From a bacterium UBP3_UBA3054 (GTDB taxonomy: Bacteria; Auribacterota; UBA3054), in assembly GCA_002366995.1 (NCBI GenBank), contig DFCM01000137.1:1-40285 (forward strand): a stretch of 40,285 nt of DNA, in the 5' to 3' direction. This document shows, piece by piece, positions 1 to 7,279 of the stretch. Below the pieces are notes generated by a model that saw only the letters and a program-made list of their open reading frames with translations, was not told where the DNA came from and made no database searches. How positions within the stretch are numbered: the first letter of the stretch is position 1; the number at the start of each line of letters is the position of its first letter. Position numbers and translations under genes: made by a program.

Positions 1-231
1 TATCGGCTCTTACTGGCATTTGATGAAGTCTACCATTCCGCAACGGAAGCGGAACAGAAAGAGTTTATGAAAGCCTTTATCGAGCGAATTGAAATGTTCC
101 CGGAGAAAAGGAAAGACGGAAGCTGGATAAAGAAGATCGTATTCAATTTCCCTGTGCCTGTTGATGGCGAGGAAGTGAAAGAACTTCCCTTGGAAACTGA
201 AACAACTGTCGACCTCGTGATTCTTGGGCCA
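1..231 (+). CDS. 3' fragment of a large serine recombinase gene (5' end outside the window, true 3' end uncertain); probable edge of an integrated mobile element
   Basis: Frame +1 from nt 1 reads YRLLLAFDEVYHSATEAEQKEFMKAFIERIEMFPEKRKDGSWIKKIVFNFPVPVDGEEVKELPLETETTVDLVIL. From memory this matches the conserved C-terminal tail of large serine recombinases (FIERIE..PE...I.F.FPV...ETVVLL). The stretch is AT-richer by eye than the rest of the window. There is no in-frame stop until 1122, so the end is placed where recognisable similarity stops. Confidence 0.5.
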
Positions 232-1385
232 TTGCGCTCCCTTCGTATCGCCTCTCAGGTCATTGTAGCAAAGGTATTCGGCCGGAAGCGTGTCGCCGCT
301 GTGGACGACAGGAAGATTTTTCCTTCCTGTGACATATTCGAACTGCTTCTGGGTGGTCTCGAAAACGCCGATATAATAAGGCTCGGTAATTGTGACGGAA
401 TGCTGCGTCTCGTCGGTGTCTCTGCCCAGCTCGCCAGAAGGAGAGCCCATCTGGAAATTGCCAGGCTCGATCCTTCTCATCCAAAGCTCCTTCGTGCGGC
501 AGTCGTCGCTGGAAAGATCTGGACCTACGGAAGAAGTTCGCACGCCGGAAGTCGTAAGATCGAAGACAAGATAATCGGCCGCGCTCGTGGCGTCCGTCGC
601 GCTGACTTTGATCTTAAGATTGTTGGATTTGAGAGTCAGGTTGGCAGCGGGAGTCCAAATAACTTTGTGCGTCCCAGCTTCGAAGAGCACGCCGTTGGCG
701 CCGTCTTTTTCCAATGTTCCGCGGTCGCTGAGCTTGAAGACCGTTTCGCCGTCGTCGAATGTGCCGTAGAAGTCGACAGTAAAGACCGGCATGACGCTTT
801 GGGTGTCGGAAGCGAGAGTGTAGTTGATCACGACGCTTCTCTTAAAAGGCCAGGCCTGCTGAGCGTTGACGGAGGTGACCGTAACGTCCGCGAAGGCGCC
901 CAAGGATGCGACCGTAAAAACGAGCAGCACAAGCGCGCCTTTTTTGCGAGCGATCAAAAGGCCGCCCAAAATGGCGAACAGCGCGAGGCAAGCGGGCTCG
1001 GGCAGGATCTTGACGCTGCGGGTCAGAACGACCGTCTCTTCAGAGGTCGTGATGGTTTCCTTAAGTTCATAAATGTCGCTCTTGGAAAAATCATCATACG
1101 TTGGATCTTCATAGTTCCATAAGACCGTGCCTTCCACCGCGGTCTTGGAATCGTCGGAGAAAAGCTCAGCGACCTTCGCGGAATCAACCGTGTCCGTAGC
1201 GGTAAGCTCGAGGGATCTGGGATCGCCGTCCGCCAGGGCGCTGCTGTAAAAGATCTTGTCCGCGGGAAGGAGCGTTATAGTGGAAGATGTGTCGCTTCCG
1301 TCAAACGCGACAGCGTCGGACCAAAGCTCATTTCCCAAAACAGACGCGCATAAAAGCGCGCAAAGTAAGAATAATAATTTTTCAT
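10..1385 (-). pseudogene. Degraded FGE/SUMF1-domain protein with an internal PEP-CTERM motif; paralog of 1644-3377; frameshifted at the start and truncated at the 3' end
   Basis: It is collinear with the 577-aa neighbour through ...IEPGNFQMGSPSGELGRDTDETQHSVTITEPYYIGVFETTQKQF...WPKNHEVD. Similarity then stops at about nt 208, and the roughly 170 aa C-terminal half of the FGE domain is missing. The ATG at 1383-1385 is out of frame with the signal peptide (KKHEKLLLFLLCALLCASVLG, in the ORF frame). One extra T in the T5 run at 1378-1382 would give MKKLLLFLLCALLCAS, like the paralog's MKKMLLFFAAALFC. Confidence 0.6.
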
Positions 1386-1401
1386 GTTTTTTTAGGATAA
1401 A

Positions 1402-1430
1402 ATTTTAAAAAGAGGCCAAAAGTTTATCAA
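1402..1430 (-). promoter_or_regulatory. Candidate sigma70-type promoter for the 10-1385 gene
   Basis: On the minus strand: TTGATA (1430-1425), 17-nt spacer, TAAAAT (1407-1402). It lies about 17 nt upstream of the ATG at 1385, in an AT-rich gap downstream of the long hairpin. Confidence 0.35.
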
Positions 1431-1522
1431 AACGGCATTTGAAATTCAAGCAAGTTTTATATTCCGAGCAAATCCATCTGCAATATCGGGCATAAAAACG
1501 CCCAAGGGCCCCACTATATAAA

Positions 1523-1619
1523 CGCAAAGAGAGCAATACCCCTAAGCATTCCTCACGGAGGACGCTAATCAAGGCCATGCACGCGTAGTCCGTGAGCAAG
1601 GGGTATTGCTCTCTTTGTG
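1523..1619. repeat. Long imperfect inverted repeat (hairpin of about 97 nt); possible terminator of 1644-3377, or a structured RNA or MITE-like element
   Basis: Outer arms GCAAAGAGAGCAATACCCCT (1524-1543) and AGGGGTATTGCTCTCTTTG (1599-1617) are perfectly complementary over 19 bp. Inner arms are CTCACGGA (1552-1559) and TCCGTGAG (1589-1596), plus ACGC (1562-1565) and GCGT (1583-1586). The element begins 25 nt past the stop of the upstream minus-strand gene. Confidence 0.7.
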
Positions 1620-1643
1620 CGGATTTATGAGCGGAAAGGATTT

Positions 1644-3377
1644 TTACTGGATTATTGCCAGACGGAAGCCTGTTCTCCTGCCGTGGAACAGCGGATTGCA
1701 GCGCACACGCTGGGCCGAACGGATATCACCGGCATCAAGGCCGCAGTTTCCGCTTTTTAGAATATTGTCTCCGGAATCCGCGCCGATTGGATCGATCTGG
1801 GGATCGGGGCCAAGATCATAGATATATTTGTCCAGGCAAAATTCCGCCACGTTGCCGTGCATGTCGTAAAGCCCCCAGTTGTTCACCTTGTAGCTGCCAA
1901 CGGTGGTGTGCTCGGTGTTGTAGTCGCCGTGCCCGTCGTTCCAGTCGTATTCATACCTTCCGACCTCGTTCGCCTCTGAGCATTGTATATAGCTGGATAT
2001 GTTTTTGCCGCTGTTCAAAGCCGTCGTCGTTCCCGCGCGGCAGGCGTACTCCCACTGAGCCTCGGTGGGGAGATCCAAAGGCAAGGCTATTTTAGAGCGC
2101 AGAATGCCCATGACAGAGGTCGGATCGACGTGCTTGTTCTTCGGGAAGGACAAGCCTTCGTCCGTCCCGCGGATCCGCTCGTAAGAAATTCTCTCGACAG
2201 GCCGTTCGTCGCCAACGAATTCCGAAGGATTGTCCCCGGTTATAAGCTGATACTGTTTCTGCGTCACTTCGAAAACGCCGATATAGAAACTCTTCGTCAA
2301 AGTGACCTGATGCTGCGTTTCGTGTTCCAGGCGTCCTTCCTCGTCCTCCGGACTGCCCATCATGAAAGTGCCGGGCTCTATAAGGCGCAGCACAAGCTTG
2401 GTGGTCTTGTACTGACTGGTCCATTCGTAAGGCGCTTCGGAAGCGGAAAGGAATTCCACCGGATAATTCGTCGCCTCGGGGCCCTCGGAAAGGTCTATGA
2501 CCATGTATCTGACGTCGTCCTTGTCCCTCTCGATGGCGTCGACCCTTATCCGGAAGGTGTCCGTGTTCACATTTTCCAGCCTGCTGTCGGTCGGTGTCCA
2601 GATAGCGGTGTGCTTGCCGATGCCGAAGACCTGGCCTTCCGTTCCCTCCGGGGCGTCTTGATAGAAGCCCAGGAACTCCGCGCCTTCGCCTTTAAGCTTT
2701 CCCTTAGACGACAGCCTGAAAACTTCCACTCCGTCCAGCGTTCCGTAAAAGCGCACGTCGTACAAAGCGGACCCTTTGGTGGAATCGCCTATCGTATAGT
2801 TTATGGTGACGCTTCTGTCAAAAGGCCAGTTCTGATGAATGCTGACAGACGTAACGTGATTGTTGTCGGCGTATGAGCTCATCGCGCCAAGCGCGGCGAC
2901 TGCCAAAACGACAACAACGCTTATAGTGCGGCGGCGCAGAAGCAGCGCGCCCGCGATGCCGATCAACAGAAAGCCGAAGGGCTCCGGCAGTATCGTCACG
3001 TAACGGCTGAGCGTTTTCGTTTCCACGTCGGTCGTTATCGTTTCCTTAAGAGCATAAGTTTCGTTCTTGGGAAGCGAGGCATATTCGGAATCGTAGTAAT
3101 CCCAGCACACCGCGCCTTCCGCTTCGTCGGAAGTCGTGTCGGAAAATATAAGACCGTACTGCTCCGGATCGGAAGCGACCTCCGCCTTTATCACAAGAGA
3201 CTTCATGTTGCCGCCAGCCAGAGCGCTGCAGTAATAAAGCTCGTCAGTATGCAAAAGCAGGATGGGCTCGTCCGTTATGGGAGCGCCGTTGAACGAGGCG
3301 TTGCTTGACCAGCAATCCTCGCAGAACGCCGCGCCGCAAAAGAGCGCGGCCGCAAAAAACAAAAGCATCTTTTTCAC
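1644..3377 (-). CDS. Exported FGE/SUMF1-domain (formylglycine-generating-enzyme fold) protein with an internal PEP-CTERM-like motif and a second signal-like helix
   Basis: 577-aa ORF with signal peptide MKKMLLFFAAALFCGAAFC. Internal ILPEPFGFLLIGIAGALLLRRR (aa 129-150) is followed by TISVVVVLAVAALGAMSSYA. Next comes a beta-rich module (QNWPFDRSVTINYT). The FGE-type domain has LIEPGTFMMGSP...HQVTLTKSFYIGVFEVTQKQY...LPTEAQWEYACRAGTTT...WGLYDMHGNVAEFC...GFRLA. Confidence 0.85.
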   Translation of the reverse strand: MKKMLLFFAAALFCGAAFCEDCWSSNASFNGAPITDEPILLLHTDELYYCSALAGGNMKSLVIKAEVASDPEQYGLIFSDTTSDEAEGAVCWDYYDSEYASLPKNETYALKETITTDVETKTLSRYVTILPEPFGFLLIGIAGALLLRRRTISVVVVLAVAALGAMSSYADNNHVTSVSIHQNWPFDRSVTINYTIGDSTKGSALYDVRFYGTLDGVEVFRLSSKGKLKGEGAEFLGFYQDAPEGTEGQVFGIGKHTAIWTPTDSRLENVNTDTFRIRVDAIERDKDDVRYMVIDLSEGPEATNYPVEFLSASEAPYEWTSQYKTTKLVLRLIEPGTFMMGSPEDEEGRLEHETQHQVTLTKSFYIGVFEVTQKQYQLITGDNPSEFVGDERPVERISYERIRGTDEGLSFPKNKHVDPTSVMGILRSKIALPLDLPTEAQWEYACRAGTTTALNSGKNISSYIQCSEANEVGRYEYDWNDGHGDYNTEHTTVGSYKVNNWGLYDMHGNVAEFCLDKYIYDLGPDPQIDPIGADSGDNILKSGNCGLDAGDIRSAQRVRCNPLFHGRRTGFRLAIIQ

Positions 3378-3390
3378 TGGTTTTCTTCCT

Positions 3391-5316
3391 TTATGTTGTC
3401 TTTGCGTTCATAAAATCTTCCCAGGCGGCGTAGAGGTCGTTTAGCTCTTTCTGAGCCTGCTCTTTTTCCTGGGTGAGGGTGCGGCCGAGTTCGTGGTCCG
3501 CTTTGGCGAAGGCGTCGGCGATCTGCTTGTCGAGGTCTTCGATCTTTTGTTCGAGCTGCTCTATTTTGCCGGTGAGCTCGGCTTCCTGTTTGGCCAGTTT
3601 CTGCCTGGCGTTGTTGGAAAGCGGTTTGGCAGCGTTGTTCTCTGTTTTGGGTTTGGGCTGCTCTTTTTTATTCTGCTTGCTTTCCTTGGCTTCTTTCTGT
3701 TCCCTTTCCTTTTTATGGAACCAGAATTCGGAATAAGAGCCGGGGTAGGAGTGAAGCTTGCGCCCCTCGACCTCCACGATGCGGGTGGCCAGCTTATCCA
3801 GGAAGTAGCGGTCGTGGGAGACGACTATGAGCGTGCCTTTGTAGTCGCTTAGCGCTTCTTCCACGGCTTCGCAGGTCTGGATGTCGAGGTGGTTGGTGGG
3901 CTCGTCGAGGATCAGCGTATTGGGATTGATAAGCATCAATTTCGCAAGCTGGAGGCGGTTCTTTTCGCCGCCGGAAAGATCCTTGATCTTTTTCTTCAGG
4001 TCATCCTTGAAAAAGAGGAATCTCGCCAAAAGATCGTAGGCCTGTTTTTCGTTGGTGATGCCCGAGATGGCGATCTCCTCGAAGACCGTGTTGTCAGGGT
4101 TCAAGGTCTCCTGCTGCTGGGAGCAGTAGCCGATCGTGATGGAGGGGCCGACTCTTAAGGTGGGATTCTCCCAGTGGCCGTCGTTCATGATGGCTTTTAT
4201 AAGCGTGCTCTTGCCGCTGCCGTTGGGGCCGACCAAAGCGATGCGTTCCCCGGAGGAGATGTCGAGGTCGACGTTGTCGAGGACTTGTCTTCCGTCAAAA
4301 CTGGCGGAGAAGCCTCTGACCTGAATGGCGATGTTGGCGTGGCTGGATTCTCCCTGGAAGCGGATACTCGCTTTCTTATCCTCTTTTTCCGGAGCCTGCA
4401 CGGCCGTTTGCTTCAGCTGCTCGATCTTCGATTCCCTCGAACGTATCATTTTTCCCCAGCGTTTGTCGTCGTAGACCTGGGCGAAATTGCGGATCCTTAA
4501 GATCATGGCTTCCAGGCTGGCCAGGCGCTTTTCATAAGCGGCGTGCTCTTTTTCCTGGCGTATCTGCTGCTCGAGTTTCTGGGCCCTGTAGTCGGAGTAG
4601 TTGCCCGGGAAATATGAGATCTTGCCGTTCCTCAATTCCAGTATGCCGTTGCAGGTCTGGTCGAGGAGATAGCGGTTGTGGGAGACAAGAAGAATAGCGC
4701 CTTTGTATTTCTTGAGGAAATCTTCCAACCAGGCGATGCCCACGTAGTCCAGGTGGTTGGCGGGCTCGTCCAGAATCAGCAGGTCGGGACGGTTGAGAAG
4801 CGCGCCGGTCAAGGAGACGAGGTTCCTTTCCCCGCCGGAAAGCGACATGACGGTCTGCTTGGTCCTGTTGGCGAGGCCAAAGGCCGCCAGCATGCGCTCT
4901 GCCTGCACGGCGTAGTTGTCGCCGCCCTGCTCTTCGAAAAGGTCCCTCGCCCTCTGAAAGGCGTTGAGCTTTTTGTCGAGGTCTTCGGGGGCGCACTCGG
5001 CAAGCTGCTTCTCGGCTTCCCTTAAGCGTTTTTCGACTTTGTTGTGCTCTTTTAGGAGGTAATCTAAGATCGTTACGTCGTCGGGGCAGATCACAGTCTG
5101 CGGAACGTAGCCGATCCTCGCTTCTTCGTCAAAAATAAAAGATCCTCCGGAGGATTTCTCTTCCCCCACGAGGATCTTTAAAAGCGTGGTCTTGCCGCAG
5201 CCGTTGGCGCCGACCAGGCCCCATTTGTCGCATGGGTTGATCTCGAAGGAAACTCCGTCCAAAAGGACTTGCAGTCCGTATTCCTTCCTGAGGCCGTTGA
5301 CGCGGAGAAGGGCCAT
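3391..5316 (-). CDS. ABC-F family ATPase (two ABC cassettes, no TM domain, C-terminal coiled-coil; Uup-like)
   Basis: Two Walker A motifs (GANGCGKTT, GPNGSGKST), two ABC signatures (LSGGERN, LSGGEKN), two Walker B motifs (LLILDEP, TLILDEP) and a K/E-rich coiled-coil tail. Confidence 0.9.
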   Translation of the reverse strand: MALLRVNGLRKEYGLQVLLDGVSFEINPCDKWGLVGANGCGKTTLLKILVGEEKSSGGSFIFDEEARIGYVPQTVICPDDVTILDYLLKEHNKVEKRLREAEKQLAECAPEDLDKKLNAFQRARDLFEEQGGDNYAVQAERMLAAFGLANRTKQTVMSLSGGERNLVSLTGALLNRPDLLILDEPANHLDYVGIAWLEDFLKKYKGAILLVSHNRYLLDQTCNGILELRNGKISYFPGNYSDYRAQKLEQQIRQEKEHAAYEKRLASLEAMILRIRNFAQVYDDKRWGKMIRSRESKIEQLKQTAVQAPEKEDKKASIRFQGESSHANIAIQVRGFSASFDGRQVLDNVDLDISSGERIALVGPNGSGKSTLIKAIMNDGHWENPTLRVGPSITIGYCSQQQETLNPDNTVFEEIAISGITNEKQAYDLLARFLFFKDDLKKKIKDLSGGEKNRLQLAKLMLINPNTLILDEPTNHLDIQTCEAVEEALSDYKGTLIVVSHDRYFLDKLATRIVEVEGRKLHSYPGSYSEFWFHKKEREQKEAKESKQNKKEQPKPKTENNAAKPLSNNARQKLAKQEAELTGKIEQLEQKIEDLDKQIADAFAKADHELGRTLTQEKEQAQKELNDLYAAWEDFMNAKTT

Positions 5317-5326
5317 TTTTTAGCCC

Positions 5327-7279
5327 TTATTCTCCTTTTTCCTCTGCCGGGGCGGTGCTTTCCACTTTGACATCGCCGCGGGCGGAGCCGCCTTTCTTCA
5401 AGCTCTTGGAGACGTTCTTCTTCACTTCTTCCACCGTCTTTTTCGGCTTGTCCTTCTCGGCTTTCTTGGCGGCTTCCAAGGTCTCCTGTTTGGCTTTTTC
5501 AGCGTTGCGGATCCTGTCTCTTTCGGCCTTCTCCTCTCTTTCCTTGGCTTCCCTTTCCCTTTCGGCGTCGGCTAAAGCTTTTTCAGCGATCTTTTTCGCT
5601 TTGGCTTCGGCTTCCGCTTTGGCTTTGGCCTGGTATTCTTCCCAGAGTTGTCCGCTTTCGACGTCTACCCGCTGCATTTTGAGGGTCGATTTATCCTCGG
5701 GGGCGGGCATGAGGCGCCACTCGACTTTGCGGCCGTCTATGACTTCCGTTTGCGGAGCGGAAGGAGGCGTTGAGGGGTTGGAGACTATTACGGGCGCGCC
5801 GCTGGTGTCCTTTTTTACGACCGTCATGGTCATTTCGTTCTGCTTAGGCTGCTGCGGAGTTGTCGGCTGGACAGTTTTGGCAGGCTGCGCCGCGGTCTGG
5901 GCCGTTTGCGCGGCCGGCGCGGAAGTGGCTGTCTGCTTCGGCTGCTGAGCCTGGCCTTGCTTGGCGGCGGCCATCTGCCTGAGGTAAGCGTCGAAATAAT
6001 TGTAGGTCGGCTTGGCGGTCGCGGGCCTGGGGCCGGAAACCGTCTCGCCCTTTACGAGCTTTATGATGATGTCGAGGGCCTGGGGCATGCAGAAGTAGCC
6101 GAGGTGCGAGCCGTGGTCGAGCATGACGAGACGGTCGCCCATGGCGCGCTTGAGCCAGTTGCGGTCGTAGTCGTTCAACAGGAAGTCGTCGGCGGTGTGC
6201 AAACAGACGATGTTTTGGTTCTGCCTGAGCTCGTTGGCCATGGCCGGGAGGCTGCAGATGCCGTTGACGTGCTTGAAAGGCTCGCTGGTCGCGAAGATCG
6301 TGGGATGCGCTTCCTTGAGGAAGGTGTCGACGTAGCGCTGGAAGCCGTAGCGTTCCAGCTGCTTCTCGAACTCCTGCTGCTTCCAGCTGGAGACCTCGCC
6401 GAAGATCTCCATGGGATGGCGCTCGATGATCTTTTTCATAACGTCGCCCAAAGACATCCTGAACGTGAAACCGATGACGAACGAAGCCTGCTCTTCCGTG
6501 ACGGGAAGATAGGAGTCGGTCTTCAGGGCGCCGTAGGAATAGCCTTTGTAGAAACCGACCGCCATGTTGCGGTTGTTGGTCAGAGTCACGGCGTCCCAGT
6601 TTTTCCAAATGCCGTAGTATTTGTCCAGAGTCGTCAGACCGTAGATGAGGTTGACGGGCGGGCTAAGGAGCACGTAGCGCTTGACGTTCAGACGGTGCTC
6701 TATAACGTCGTTGCGGGTAAGGAAAGCCGCCTGCAGGGCGCCCAGAGAATAGCCGACGATGGAGATGTCCTTGACCTTCCCCGGATGCTCCTCGTTGATG
6801 TCGTCGAGAACGCGGGCGATGTGATGGTAAAGGTCCTTGGCGTCGGCTCTGGTGTAGCCCGGAGCCATGCTGGTCAGCGCGGACTGCGTGAATTCCCAGC
6901 AGAAGGGGTTCGATATGATCGCCACCGAGTATCCGGCATTGTAGATGGCTTCCGCCAAAAGCGCGGCCTGCGAATTGCGGTAATGGTCGCCCAAGCCCGG
7001 AACGATGAAGACGAGGTCCGCCGGCTCTTTCTGCATCCAGACGCTGTAGCGGGAATCCATCTTTTCCTCGACGTCGCCTATTTTCTGGGTGAATTTCACC
7101 TTGCCTTTCTCAACGTCGAAATAGAAGTCGTTGTCCTTGAAGTTCGCCAGCTTGTAGCGGAAGGAGTCGACGACGGGGCCCTGGGCCGGGAAGTTGGTCA
7201 GAGCGATGTAAATTTCGCAATTGGCGCTAAGAGCGCTCAGCGCTATGAGCGCGAAAATTAGGAACAGTGCTTTTTTCAT
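5327..7279 (-). CDS. Secreted alpha/beta-hydrolase (esterase/lipase-like) with a long Q/A/P/T-rich and K/E/A-rich C-terminal tail
   Basis: Signal peptide MKKALFLIFALIALSALSA, nucleophile elbow GYSLGA, and candidate acid/His in HTADDF and HGSHLGY. About 200 aa of low complexity follow (PAAQTAQTAAQPAKT..., AKAKAEAEAKAKKIAEKALADAEREREAKEREEKAE). The start overlaps the upstream stop as ATGA (7276-7279). Confidence 0.7.
   Translation of the reverse strand: MKKALFLIFALIALSALSANCEIYIALTNFPAQGPVVDSFRYKLANFKDNDFYFDVEKGKVKFTQKIGDVEEKMDSRYSVWMQKEPADLVFIVPGLGDHYRNSQAALLAEAIYNAGYSVAIISNPFCWEFTQSALTSMAPGYTRADAKDLYHHIARVLDDINEEHPGKVKDISIVGYSLGALQAAFLTRNDVIEHRLNVKRYVLLSPPVNLIYGLTTLDKYYGIWKNWDAVTLTNNRNMAVGFYKGYSYGALKTDSYLPVTEEQASFVIGFTFRMSLGDVMKKIIERHPMEIFGEVSSWKQQEFEKQLERYGFQRYVDTFLKEAHPTIFATSEPFKHVNGICSLPAMANELRQNQNIVCLHTADDFLLNDYDRNWLKRAMGDRLVMLDHGSHLGYFCMPQALDIIIKLVKGETVSGPRPATAKPTYNYFDAYLRQMAAAKQGQAQQPKQTATSAPAAQTAQTAAQPAKTVQPTTPQQPKQNEMTMTVVKKDTSGAPVIVSNPSTPPSAPQTEVIDGRKVEWRLMPAPEDKSTLKMQRVDVESGQLWEEYQAKAKAEAEAKAKKIAEKALADAEREREAKEREEKAERDRIRNAEKAKQETLEAAKKAEKDKPKKTVEEVKKNVSKSLKKGGSARGDVKVESTAPAEEKGE

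Noticed and set aside
232-1122. Continuation of the 351-aa plus-strand ORF (67-1122) beyond the recombinase-like tail
   Set aside because: It runs exactly antisense to the FGE-domain gene. It is Arg/Gly/Ala-rich with no recognisable motif, which is typical of a shadow ORF in GC-rich coding DNA. Only the first roughly 55 residues look like real protein.
1405-1599. 64-aa minus-strand ORF in the gap between the FGE paralogs
   Set aside because: It spans the long hairpin and the AT-rich promoter region, and has no RBS or recognisable sequence. The inverted repeat explains the region better.
1644-1800. Diversity-generating retroelement (DGR) target hypothesis for the FGE-domain C-terminus plus the downstream hairpin
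   Set aside because: FGE/C-type-lectin folds are classic DGR variable proteins, and a hairpin follows the stop. However, I find no template repeat (a second near-identical copy of the 3' region) and no reverse transcriptase anywhere in the window. The idea would be revived only if a TR/RT pair exists beyond the left edge.
5400-5650. Repetitive-looking DNA (GCTTTGGCT-type units), considered as a tandem repeat or CRISPR-like array
   Set aside because: The units are imperfect and lie in frame inside the hydrolase gene, encoding the K/E/A-rich tail. There is no repeat-spacer periodicity. No CRISPR array exists anywhere in the window.
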